Below are positions 42,701-56,000 of a DNA stretch of 64,000 nucleotides, one piece after another. Each line of letters opens with the position of its first letter. Position 1 is the first letter of the stretch. The notes beneath the pieces were generated by a model. That model did not search any database. It was not told the DNA's origin and worked only from the letters and a program-made list of their open reading frames with translations. Location: NCBI RefSeq assembly GCF_000150275.1, contig NW_002060943.1, positions 8,645,070 to 8,709,069 on the forward strand, given 5' to 3'. The DNA is from Trichoplax adhaerens. Its lineage: Eukaryota; Animalia; Placozoa. Made by a program: the position numbers and the translations under genes.

Positions 42701-45700
42701 ACTATACCCCACGCTTTTTGAAGTTGTATTGACTACCGCCTGACATTGCATTATGACGTTACTAAACCCTAGTCTATATACTGTACAAGTTAGATACAGT
42801 ATATTTTCTTCACGTATAGCGACGGTATGCAGTCCTATGGGTACAGGACTTTATGTACTGTACTCATCATTATTGTACGATCAGTTCGGAGTTGCCTGTA
42901 TCTTAACCTTCAATCCTTCACCCGAATTGATTTGATGTCTAGCACCACTATGTACATACTGAAAAGTGTAGGGAATCTTCAAAACTAGAAATCGTCAGAC
43001 CGTCCTACACTACCCTACAAGTACTGTACTATCTACAGTATGTATCAATAGCTCTAAAATTCCCCTTATGTGCTTTCTATGTACGAACGGGACACACTGG
43101 TTGTGAAATTCTCTTTTTGGCGTTCGATACGTCCACTGAGTGCCTAAATAACAGTAAATTCAATTTCATTGCGTGAAATAGTCGTCAGTGAATGTATTCA
43201 AATGGCCAATACACAACCTATATTAGAGTCAGACAAGATTGGAAAGTATGTCTGGTTCAAGTTTTTAAGTTTTTAAACTCTAAATCGGCAATTATAATAA
43301 TTTATAAGAGCATTAACATTTTTTCTTGTATTATTCTATATTGTGCCAATGTATTGTGATCTGCCGTCATTCTTTGCCGTCTTTTACTTTGTATGCCGTG
43401 ATTGTACTATATTGAATATTTGTGTAGCAAGCTCGCCTACTGTTTAGTCTTGTTGAGAGGATAGACTTCGCACAGGTGTTTTTTTGTTTGTTTGAATAAG
43501 GAACTATTGTTGGAAGAAATGCTTTTTGTTCGTGGAAAAAAGTGCACTATCATTTAGTGCCACTCTACGTTCTATTAAGTCAAGTCAATAACCCAGGGAC
43601 ACTAAATTTATTAGACGGCAAACTGAACTAGTCGACGACTAGGTGTAGGTCTAGATCTATTAAGTCAAGTCAATAACCCAGGGACACTACATTTATTTAT
43701 TAGACGGCAAACTGGACTAGTCGATGACTAGGTGTAGGTCTAGATCTATTAAGTCAAGTCAATAACCCAGGGACACTACTGTACACTGTACAGTACATTT
43801 ATTAGACTGCAAACTGGACTAGTTGACGACTAGGTGTACTGTACAGTACAGTAAAGTACTGTAGGTCTAGGTCTAATCCTGTGCTGTACAGTACATTGTA
43901 CAAGATTATTACAGTACATACTCTACGACCTACAGTACAGTACTGTATATTTTACAGTACAGTATTGTACAGTACAGTACGTTGTACTGTACAGTGTACA
44001 GTATCTTTGCATACGTACTGTACGGAAGTGGATTGATCCTGCATAATGAAAGTCAGCCTATTGATAATAGTTGATGGCCCACAGAGTGCCCATGTTTACT
44101 TTTAAAAAATCCATGGACGTATGTATTAGAATCTTAACAAGGAAGAAATCAATTCAGTCGGAGTAGCAATTGAAGTTGCTCTGTTTCACCTTGAACTAAT
44201 GTCCATTTTTATCGGTTCGATATAGAATCTGTTTTATGCGGCTAATTTACTGATCATGTCGCCACTATCGTATCAGTATGATTAAAAAAAAAAATGGAGG
44301 AATCAATACGTATACCGTTAGTATTTTGATATTAATAAGCCTATGTGCGACACTACTTTTCACGATACCAGATTAATAAGTTTGTCATGATTGTCTTTCT
44401 CTCAATAAATCTACTGTAATATCCTTCAACTACTCTGATGTTTTAATAATAATAATACTGTAATTATATAATCAATCAATGTGATAAAACCGCTATAACT
44501 AGAGTTGGTGGTATTCATTCTGCTGTACATACGTGGCAGTATTGATGTATTTTGAGATTGACGTTGAATTGAGTTATGTTTATGAGCGAAAATAAAGTAC
44601 CAGTTAACAGGTATACAGCCATCATCTTGATGCTAATCATGGTTGCTTGATAGTTCTCTACATATTCATATGGTGGTTCATTAGTCCAAGGTCAATAGCA
44701 GCTTCAACCGATGTCATATTCGACTTTCATAACTGGAATAGCCTACGCTTATGATACTCCTACGCAATAGAGTCGTCTAAAAAGGTTTTACACTTAGAGA
44801 TCGTGTAAAAGCACCTTTATTATTATTTATAAATTAAAATAATATTATTAGGCTGGGGTTAGTAGCGCTGCTTTATATCTTTTAGCCTATATGAGTTTCA
44901 CCATTTTTTTTATCATCCCTCAGCGGTATTTGACCTGATCCTTTTAAGAATGGTTTATTATAATGACACAAAGTTACGAGTAGATCTTGCGATATTGGTC
45001 ACTGAGATTGTTTCAATGCTTGGCTTTAGTTCTGTAAGCTCAACTATAAAATGCAGTCCAACCATGATTTATACATAGTAACATTTTGTTTTTCCTCATC
45101 ATTTGACCTTAACTATAGTAGTCTTTTTTATAAGATAAAATATCAAGTATTTATCCAGCTAAGGTTGCAAGATCATCACAGTATTGACATGAATTACTAG
45201 ATGTACCTAAGTGGTATTGCTATCCTTTAGAATTAGTTTTATCCTTGATAGCAGCATTTATCTGCTCCTTGATTCGTATGTGTAGAATTACATATTGCTT
45301 GTCTATATTAATGTTGCTTATCGGTTCTCCCTTTACTTGGAGGCTGCATCACTTATTCGCGTTAATTTTTTTCTTTTTGGGCCAATAATACCTAATACTA
45401 GGTGAAGGTTCGCGTGAAATATGGCGCCATAACAATCAAGTAACCGTAGCGACAGCAGTACCGACAACATCAACTGCCATGAACGTTTTATATGACGGCA
45501 GGGTAATGACTGTATTTGATATATTTATTAATCGTAAAATGACGTAAATAACGTTTTAGATTTATGGCAATTAGTTCAGGTATACTCGTAGATTACATGT
45601 TATGCAACGGAAACTCACCATTGCAAATCCGTATCGGAGTTTGTGTCTTTTCAATTTGAACAGAACTGATGACTGACTATATGATGTAATATCTAATACA

Positions 45701-48700
45701 AATGGAAATATAACGGTATTTGTTAATGATTGCAATTCTATTTGTAACATTCAAAATAGCCGTGCCAATAGTGCTTGGTGTCCGTGATGATCGACAGCTA
45801 ATTATAATTAGACTAAATTACTGATTTGCCACTTTATAATTTCATAATTACCATTATGCCATTGCAAATTTCAGTTATAATTATAATTGTCATAAAACGC
45901 AGATTAGACTAATTCTAAATCCCTTTGACCTACGCATAGCTTCATAAGATATAAATTTGTGCAATACTTTTTATAATTCATCAAATCACAGATATATCTA
46001 TTTTACGAGATAAAACCTCATTTTCTTAGAGTTGATTTTAATTTTTAACATTAATCCAATACTAGCTTGGATTGATTACATTACTCATCATTTGCCAGTC
46101 TGTTGTCTCGTCGCTAATTTTTTAAGTTATCTACTTGAAAAGTTCATGACAGTCTGGTATTTTTGTTTTATCCTTGCCATTCTTATCCTTTCTCACATAT
46201 AAACCATAAACAAGTAACCCCCTTGTTGTTTAAATTCTCACGTTGATGTTACTTACTTTATACTTCTTTCATCAATACGAATGTCTTTCATTTCCAATCA
46301 GCGAAAGTGAAAACAATAACAATTGCCCGAAGCAATCATTTTCTTGTTTTATAGTCATTGTTTTTGACTCTCAACTAATTTTTTGTACTATCTGATCTGA
46401 TCAATTGTATTTTACTCGCCATCACTTAGTGAAAATAGCTTTGATAGTGCCGCAGTGATCTATGTATATATACAGTATATATAGATATGTATATGATAGC
46501 GATGTCGGGAGCCAGTGAGTCGTTATCGATAAGAATGCAAAATAATTTCAACTATGTCAGCCATTCCTTCTATTTTTGAATAGCTCAGATGTTCCGTAGT
46601 TGTGGTATTTTGTATATATCAGACGATAGTCAGCATTGAATTAGATTGTATACTGCACAATCGGTACGATGCTGCACTCCATCACTTAACTGTTACAGCT
46701 AATGTTGGTGTTCAAATAGCATTATAATAATCCGATAGTAAAGTTGGAATCACCATATGAGATGGAGTGACATCGTTATATTATAATAATATAGTGCCTT
46801 TGTATTGTATTTAAGCCCTCTCATGCTTCGAATGACGTACTTTACCTATATCATATTACGATTTATACATCATAATACATGATATTTCGTAGCTTTGCTT
46901 CTTACTAATAAATACGACTGAAGAATGATCATTATTACGATTCAGACCGTCATAATTTTAAACGTCCTATAACTTTTACTGCTATATGTACCTTACTTGC
47001 TTATTATTATCAATACCACTATGACATGATAAAAATTTACGGGTTAAATGCAAAATGTTACTTATAGAGGTCTTGGTATGGTAACTGATAGTGAATATTT
47101 AAATTGTTTTACGCGTTTTAATGCTGTTACTATAGTTGAAGGAGAATTGTCCATCTATAATTTATAATCAATAGAAGCAACAGTTTACCCTTTTCTTTTT
47201 CACTGTCTATGCTAATGAGATAAACTAAAATGAGCTTTGAGCTAGAGAAGGCAAAAGTTTCTTGTAGCCATACTGTGCTTGTTAGCTATACCGTTAGATC
47301 TCAGTGAAGTAACCCACATTGGTCGTCAATTTAATGCAAGTATATGGCTTACAGATTATAGACGATAACTGGAAACAAAGAAGCTATGTTGTATCATAGA
47401 AGTTTAACATGAGTTAACATCGCACAAATTCGTTGTTAATGTGCATTGATAACATCCAGTTAATAGCGTTTTTTACTAGTAACAAACCGAAATTTTTTAA
47501 CTCTTGGAAGAAGAAATGGATCACAAAAAATCGATTGTATGGCATCGAATTATATATAATTATACATAATTTTTCTTTGACTTATTTTAATTCGCGTATA
47601 CAATTTGAAAGTAATGAAATTGTGTATGCAGATGTGTATAGAATAGTACAAGTATATTATTACATACGAGATTGGGAAAACCATTACACTATTAGCGATG
47701 CTGTTATTGATTAATGTGATCGATGTAGTTAAGAGTGCATTAAATACCTCGCTTATAACTGCGCTCTGCGTATGCCGAAGTTTACAACTGCTTACGTCTT
47801 CTTTTAGGGTTATCCTCATGATTTATCTACGACCGGCCACCGTTCACACCCTCCACCGCCACCGCCACCAGCACCACCAGTTACACAGGCGTCACAGCAA
47901 TCAAATGATTTTAATAATAATGGAAGAGATGTAGTAGTAGGAGTTGATTCAATGGAAGAACATTCAATGCATGATCTATCAACAAATTATCATGATGGTT
48001 ACATCGCCAATACTACAGCAGCCGTAAACATTGATCCAATGGGTAAGTAAGAACATTCTGATACTGTAACACGGTATATTAATATAAGAAATTAGTAAAA
48101 TTTTGTTTACAAGTTATACTAGAATTTAATGGAAGTGGAATATTTATTTTGTTCGATGCCTACAATTTAAAATTGATTTAATTTCTAGTATATGAAATTA
48201 TTACTTTACGAGATATGATCAGAACACAATCTTTCATTCGAGAAATTTTTTTTTACGCTAATTATTTTAAAACCTAACATATAATCAAATCTCGGAAAAG
48301 GAATCATAAAATGAATATTGCAAGCCTATTCTATTTTCTCAAGCTATGACTGCTATGTAAATTTGAACGACATACAATCATGATTGACACTTATCTATGC
48401 ATATGAAATCATCGGGATATAACATTACAACTATTTTACCACATAATTCATAGTATTCCTTTGGTTTCATCATCCAATGCATAATCGACGTTATTAGGGA
48501 TCACAGCTAGTAACGTTCTATACTATATTACTATAAGAATGCGATAGATTCTAAAATGGTCAATTACTATGCTTGCTTTGCCTAGGATAATGCAATTATG
48601 AATTTGTACTGTTCATCGTCATTTAACCATACATTATTATTATCGTGATCAATTTCAGTTTATAACTCTAGACAAAGTCGTCTTTATATCTGGTGAAGAT

Positions 48701-50044
48701 TGCACTCTACAATATATTCTTTGGTAAAGAACTTTGATTATATTGCTACTGTCAGTCATCACTATAATTTCACGTTTATTCATAATTTGAAAATTTAAAT
48801 CGAGTTATTTCCTGAGGGAATCTGATTATTTATTTACAATGCAGGCAAAGATGATGTCATCAATATATCTTATTGAAATTTTATAGCATAAAAGCCGTTA
48901 TATTCGTCTGCTGCAGCTTTTCCTTCTACTAATTGATTTAAACACTGGTTTAATGGCAGAAACTATTAGCAGATGACGTAATTCCCTACAGATCGAATTA
49001 TGAGACGTAGAAAATTACTATATTTTTTCATACATGCGATTGAAACTTACCAGTTGTTTAATTCTGTGAGAAGTATTGTATCAAAGAGACCTGAACTGAC
49101 AGTATTTCCTTAGTAAATTTCTATCCTCTTATTGTAGTTATATAGTAATACTTTATAACAATGTGGCCGGTACATCGTAATCAATATTCACGTTATAACT
49201 TTCGTCGCTACCGATACAAGATTGATTTCAGTTGTCGAAATTTAAATGAATTTTTGCCAAATACTGGCTGGGAAATATGATTTTTTACTGGTCATGCGAC
49301 CTTTACTATTTAAGGGTAATGAGTATGATAGTATAAATTTTAGTAATATTATGTATCGATAGTTCCTAATTACTATGCCAATAACAACGTTATTATCATG
49401 TATTCTTTCGAACGTTAAGTCCTTGTAACTGAGCACAAGTTGTGATTCCATGCCTGAAATATAGCAAGTATTGAACAATTTTATGATGGGTGTATTTTCG
49501 TTAAGTGATTACGTCAATGACTATTAAATTTTCATAAAAAAATGTTGCTACGAGAGATCGATAGCGACAGTAATGCGCGTACGTTTTATTCCCTACTTCA
49601 TAATAGAGCTGAATTAAACATTAATTATTTTAGAGCTTAGCTTGCTGAAGCAAATGCGTACGATAATTGTGGTAGCAAATATCGATGACTGCATTATTTG
49701 AAATAACATATGGTAATTAGAGCAACAGTGTAAGCACAACGCCATGAGTTTTTAGCTGCTTACTGTCATATTCGTCTAATTAAAAATCTAGGCACAAGTT
49801 TTATGGTTATTTTGTGAGTGACAAATTTACCATTAAATTATGAATTGCAGAGCTATCAAGCTAGTCGCAAAGTAAATACGAAGGTAGAGGTAATTATATT
49901 TCAAAATCTGGTCAGAATAGGAAGCAATGTCAGCTTTTTTACGATTCAGGTGATCGTACCTGAAAGGTAGTGAAGTTCTACTAGTTAAAATGGCATTGGT
50001 TTGCATTGATGAAGTTCCATTGAAATTCGGGATTTTTATAATTG

Positions 50045-50084
<40 letters not shown>

Positions 50085-53000
50085 TATATACTTAATTATT
50101 CGATAAAATGGATCATAGTTTTCTACTAGCAGATGTCCCATGAGATTTAGAAAAACATTTTAATTGTGTTCATTTGCGTAATAATTTAGTAATTTGATAC
50201 ATTTAGCAAAGAAATCAATCAGAGGACTGATAGATTACGAGATCATTTCGGACATGATGATGTCCCTTGGGATTTATTTGTGTAACTATTCATTGGTAAC
50301 TTACTTTATTCAATAATATATTGATTAGTGTGGAAGTCCAAAGATCATAGTTTCACATTAAGTACCGTAGTTTCCCTGAAACTAAGAAAGATTTAATTTA
50401 ATTTATGTCTATTCACTTAATAGATATAGCAAATTACTATATTTAGGAGACGAGTTAAACAGAAGCTCACAGGCTAAAGCATGGACCACTAGAAGCATAT
50501 TTCTAGTAATCCATGACCTCAGGTTCTTACCAGAAAAGGTCTCTTGGGAGTTAGAGAAAGAAAGGCTTCGATTGCTTATGTATATGAACTTACATTAAAG
50601 CATAATAGTTATATTAAATTAACAGTGGAATTGATTGCAAACTTATTGGGTCATATTGTTGCTTTAATTTAAGTCCCTTGGGACTGCAAAGGATTTGAAC
50701 CACGCTTGTTACGTAATTACTGAGTAAGATACTATATTTGGCAATGGGCTAGAGTTACTTGAATGTAGTATGCACCAGCTGAAGTCCCTCGGGATTAGGA
50801 AGGATTTTAATCACAAATATTTTATTTATTCATAGTTTGTTGCATGTACAATGAAGTTGATCAAAGACTTGTTAGATTGCACTATTGTAACGGCCTATGT
50901 CCCTTGGGAACAAAAACATTTACAGTTAATTGTGCCTGTGTACGTAACATTTAAGTAGTTTATTATATGCCTATTCATGGTAAATCGATCAGAGAACTAG
51001 TTGATTATAGCTTGTACTGCCTAATGTCCCTTGGGACTCAGAATAATTTAATTGTAATTGCATATCTATTGCGTTAGTAGCGTATTGTCTATTTAACCTG
51101 AGAGTTAATGTCTGACCAGATAGGCTATACTGTCGTGCTAGTTAGTGTCCCTGAGGACTGGGAGATTTTCTTCACGCTCATATATATGTTTTGGCTTGAT
51201 ACTGTATATTTCGACATTTCTTGAAAAGCTTAAGGAGTTATAATTGGTACTGTCAAATGTTCCTTAGGACTCAAACTAATTATAGTAGTTACTCCTGTGT
51301 ATTCGTTTAATAGCTTACCAATCTATCATACTGCATGTCTTAACGATAAAATTGATCAAGATTTAATAAACTATACTCTTGTACTAGCTTATGTCCCCTG
51401 GAAGAAAGAAGATGCAATTACAATTATTTACGTAATAGTTTACTACTTACTATTAGAAACAGTGGATTGGATAACGAAATGATAGGTTATGTAGTTTTAC
51501 TGTAGCTAGTATCCCTTGGGATTAAGACTGATTTAGTCATATCTATCTGTTTAATAGATTAATCGGTGAGCAGATGAGTGACTGACTCATTGCCACAACT
51601 ACCCTTGCGACACAGGAAAACAACACAGTACTTATAATAAAACTTTACGTTAATTCGCAGAACTACTTCCCTAGCCTACGGTATAGTAACTGGAATCGTT
51701 GCGAAGTACTAACTCGCTTAACTCAATATACAATATAAAACTATCACGCAACTTAGCCTTAACCTAGATCACTTTTTATTGATCACAGTCCTTCTTATAC
51801 ACTCTTTCAGTAGTTATAAACATATCTACTATGCTACCAACATATTTCAATAACAAACATGTTATTACGTTGAATTATCAAATATGGGCATTCGAGGTAA
51901 TAAACAATTTCATACGTAAATCTACTTCGACTGTAAGCCCTGTCAAACTCCTATGTTCTCGATACTTACTTGTAACATATTACTATATCATCATAATATC
52001 ATAATAACTTAGGTTATTACTAACAATAACAACTCCTAAAGTAGTAGTTCATACTTCTAAAAAGTTTAAAACAAAATGTAATCATAAACTACACATCCAA
52101 ATCTAAGTTATTTTGATGACTGTGACACTCGTACACTTGATACGTTTTTATTTCTTTGTTAGCTTTTGTAAGCTGTAATATTTGAACTAAAGCGCGAATT
52201 AATGACCGGCACTAGTTGATGTCCCTTGGGACTAGAAAAGATTGTAGTTACACTTATTAGCGTAACAGTTTAGTAATTATCTATTTAACAGAGAAATAAA
52301 CAAAGGAGCTAAAGTTAATGAATTGTACTTCGCGCTAGTTAATGTCCCTTGGGATTTGGAACAATTTTAATTACAGACACTTCTTTAACCGGTGATATGT
52401 CCGTTTATCTATTACTGTATCAACGGTTAAGCCAACGAATGACCTGATTGATCACATTGTATCATCTAAGTTCCTTGGGACTAGAATAAATTTTAATGCA
52501 CTCTGTAAATTGTTACCGGTAAATTGCCATATTTTATAGTGAAGTCTTTCAGTGCAGTTAATCAATGATCTGATAGTTACATTGTCATACTGGTTGATGT
52601 CTCTTGGGACTAAGAAAGATTTAATATAATATATTTGAATATTATTACTGATCTGATACTTTACGTTGCCGCACTAGTTGATGTCCCTTGGGACTAAAAA
52701 TTGCTTCAATTATATCTTTTTGTTTTAATGTTTACATAATAGTTCAGTAATTACTATATTTAGTAACGAAATGGGTTACAATAGCTGGTAGATTATAGTT
52801 TACTATCGCTAATATCCCTTGGGACTAAACTTTAATTACATGCCTTTATTTAATAGGTTAGTAAAATTATTATCTGCTATATGGTAAATTGATGAATTAC
52901 CGGATTGATTGCATGNNNNNNNNNNNNNNNNNNNNNNNNNNNNNNNNNNNNNNNNNNNNNNNNNNNNNNNNNNNNNNNNNNNNNNNNNNNNNNNNNNNNN

Positions 53001-56000
53001 NNNNNNNNNNNNNNNNNNNNNNNNNNNNNNNNNNNNNNNNNNNNNNNNNNNNNNNNNNNNNNNNNNNNNNNNNNNNNNNNNNNNNNNNNNNNNNNNNNNN
53101 NNNNNNNNNNNNNNNNNNNNNNNNNNNNNNNNNNNTCACGGGTTGATTAACAATAACTAGCATCAGCGATGTCTCTTAGGACTGATGAGGAATGTTTCGA
53201 CTACATTCACTTATCCGTTAGCTTTTAGTATTTGAACAGTAAGTTAATTTATGACCTTAAGATTACACTATCATACTAGTTGATTTCCCTTGGGACGGAA
53301 GAAGTTGCAATTACACTTATCTACCTAGTAGATTATGGCTCATGGTAGGTGGTGTCCCTTGGGACTGAGAGAGAGATATTGTATTTATACTTATTTAAAT
53401 AATAGATTATGGTTCGTGCTAGGTGGTGTCCCTTGGGACTGAAAGAAATTGTAATTATACTTATTTATGTAGTAGATTATGGTTCGTGCTAAGGCATGTC
53501 TTTTGAGACTGGAAGAGATTGTAATTATACTTATTTACGTAATAGATTATGATTCGTGATAGATGATGTCCCTTGGGACTGGAAGAGATTGTAACTTATT
53601 TATGTAATAGATTATACATAGTTCGTACTAGGCGATGTTCCTTAGGACTGAAAGAGATTATGGTTGCACTTATTTATATGATAGTGTAGAAATAACATTT
53701 TTAACAATGGAATAAATAAACAATAGATTATAGTTTCAGCTAACTGGTGTCCCTTGGGACTTATTATAGTTTTAACTATATTTTTATGTTTAATAGTGTA
53801 GTAGCTATCTTATCTAAAACCTTTAATTTAATGAATAACCTGATTTATTACATGGTTGAATTAACTGATGTCTCTTGGGGATAAGAATGGCTATTGTTGC
53901 ATTTAATTATGCATTAGCTAGCTAATTGATGTCCCTTGGGACTAGAAGAAATTGCAATTACCCTTATTTACGCAATAGCTAAGTACTGTAGCTGATATAT
54001 ATCAGAAGTGATTGAGATAGATAGTGGAGTTGATAGATTATGGTTTCTACTAGCTTAATAATTTTATTTTGAAGCTAATGGCTTTTATTTAACCTTAAAT
54101 TGATACTTAGTGATAGGTCGTTTGCTGTCATGCTCTTGACCTATTGAGGAAAGTGTAGTAATTGTTTATTAAAAACTATGCTAATAATATCTAAATAATT
54201 ATACATCTTGTCAATCAATCATTCGAAATAGAGAGGAATAGTACTTGTAGCTACAACTTGCATGTATAATGTCATTTATAAATAGTAAATTGCTATAATT
54301 AAATCTTAAATTGTTACCAAACGAGGGAGATCTTTATTTGACAGTAAATTAATATTTTAGAATGATTTGCAGCGGTCAGTATCTTCCAACTGATTTGTTA
54401 TACTCCTATTCTATTAAGTGCTGCACTCTCTTTGTTGAGATTATACTCACTAACGCACTGCATACTGTCACGTTATTGAAATGTCTATCTATATATACAA
54501 GCTAGGGAAAAGTATGGGTTCCTTATCAACACTGCCAGTTAGATAATACACTCATCATGAATGGATGTCCCTTGGGAATAACAGCAACCATAAAACAAAT
54601 TGCTGTTACTCCCTAGGGAATTACCTTTATTATCAAGAATTATTAACCAAGATGATGAAGTCCCTTGAGAATTGAATCGAGTTTTATCAGTAAAATGAAT
54701 AAATTATTATAGCCACAACAACCAAAGCACCAGTTATGACAGATCCGAAGTAGGCCAATGCGATTTACCTTTTGAGACTAACTTTTAATCTTTATCGCTA
54801 TATAACTTCGTGTTAAGCTATTGCCGAGCAGAGAACTTAAATTAGCTGCTTTTCATTAGTGTTGACATAATTACTGTCCCTTGGGAATAAAACTATTCTT
54901 TTGGAGGTCCCTTGGGAATAACCAATTCATCTTCCGGTTTCTATAACTACCAGTTTCGTCGTCCAGCTGTCCAGTGTCCACCTGAGTATACCCTTATGAT
55001 ATTATGCATACTAGTCAATTTGTAACAGTATCTATTAAGTAGCAGGAAAATAGATGAGAATAAATGTTACAGCAGTTTTCGGTGTATTAGAGTTGTACGA
55101 AGTTCTATAAATGATCGATTATGGTTCTTTTTGAATCATACTGGATGAAGACAAACTTCACAACGTCGAGCTACTTCTACTTTATTCCGACTAATACGAT
55201 CAACGCTATGTTCTCGTGAAAGCTATAAAATCAATTATTAACGAGCTGCATTCGCAATAACGAGTCAATCGCAAAAGCTTAGTCGACCTAACCTATATAA
55301 GCAGAAATATACTGCGACACAAATACTTAATCTATATTACTGTTCAAGGTGCATTTGCACCCTGACAAATTCTTATAGTCCGTGTATGTGTCCAATTGTA
55401 TAGTGCATGCTTATGTGTGTGCGTGTGATATATACAGGTTGTGATATCGCTCGAATCATAGTATTGCCTACGAATTATTTAGTATCTGTGGTGATTTTTA
55501 TACGGGTTATTTTGTTTCAGTTAAGTCGCACTTTCTAGTGGGACTGAGTTTGTAAATGTAATTTGGTGCCAGAAATAATAATGCATCAAAGTGGATTATA
55601 CGGTGCATAACAACTTATTATTGGGACCCTTTCCATGTAATCAGTTAAACTAGGTAGTTTTATGTGCTGGAGCTGAAGTAAATAATGCTTTAAATATCTA
55701 AAATTATGTAGAAGTTATTTTTATACTGCTGATATCGAAAATTTTCAATCTCCGATAAATTAGCGAAAGGTTTCACTACATTTTGAACGCTTTCAGAGTA
55801 CTTTCTACTTTATGATCTATGACTTGCCCGCATGAATTAGCAATAAGTAACTAATATTAGCGATAGTTGCGTTTAATTTTAAAAAGTTGCTAAATTTCGT
55901 AAGGGATAGTCTGTTTCTATATCAAATGCAGTTGATATATATTTGCAATTTTGATTATTGTGAAACTGATAATTTTCTAAGCCTTTTGACCTATAATCGT

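Larger units (their letters stand above)
50110..54060. repeat. Degenerate tandem array (~120-130 bp units, locally ~70 bp) with conserved core GTCCCTTGGGAC
   Basis: About 29 regularly spaced cores between 50136 and 53941. Units share loose flanks (TAGATTATAGTT...ACTAG.TGAT-core-TAGAA.GATT.TAATTA). Interrupted by a ~520 bp insertion and an N gap. Confidence 0.93.
50136..54920. promoter_or_regulatory. Homotypic cluster of COE/EBF-type sites (TCCCNNGGGA), putative intronic enhancer
   Basis: Perfect TCCCNNGGGA at 50263, 50674, 50785, 50900, 51027, 51512, 52222, 52345, 52684, 52815, 53286, 53355, 53429, 53569, 53750, 53932, 54568, 54610, 54877 and 54908, plus about 14 variant copies. This matches the established EBF/Collier/UNC-3 palindrome; function is inferred. 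Confidence 0.65.

Noticed and set aside
52889-53163. Four ORFs made mostly of X
   Set aside because: Artefacts of the N gap.
50110-54060. CRISPR array (palindromic direct repeats with variable spacers)
   Set aside because: The core is only about 12 bp, spacers are ~60-120 bp and mutually related (diverged tandem units), no cas genes are present, and the array lies in a spliceosomal intron of an animal gene.
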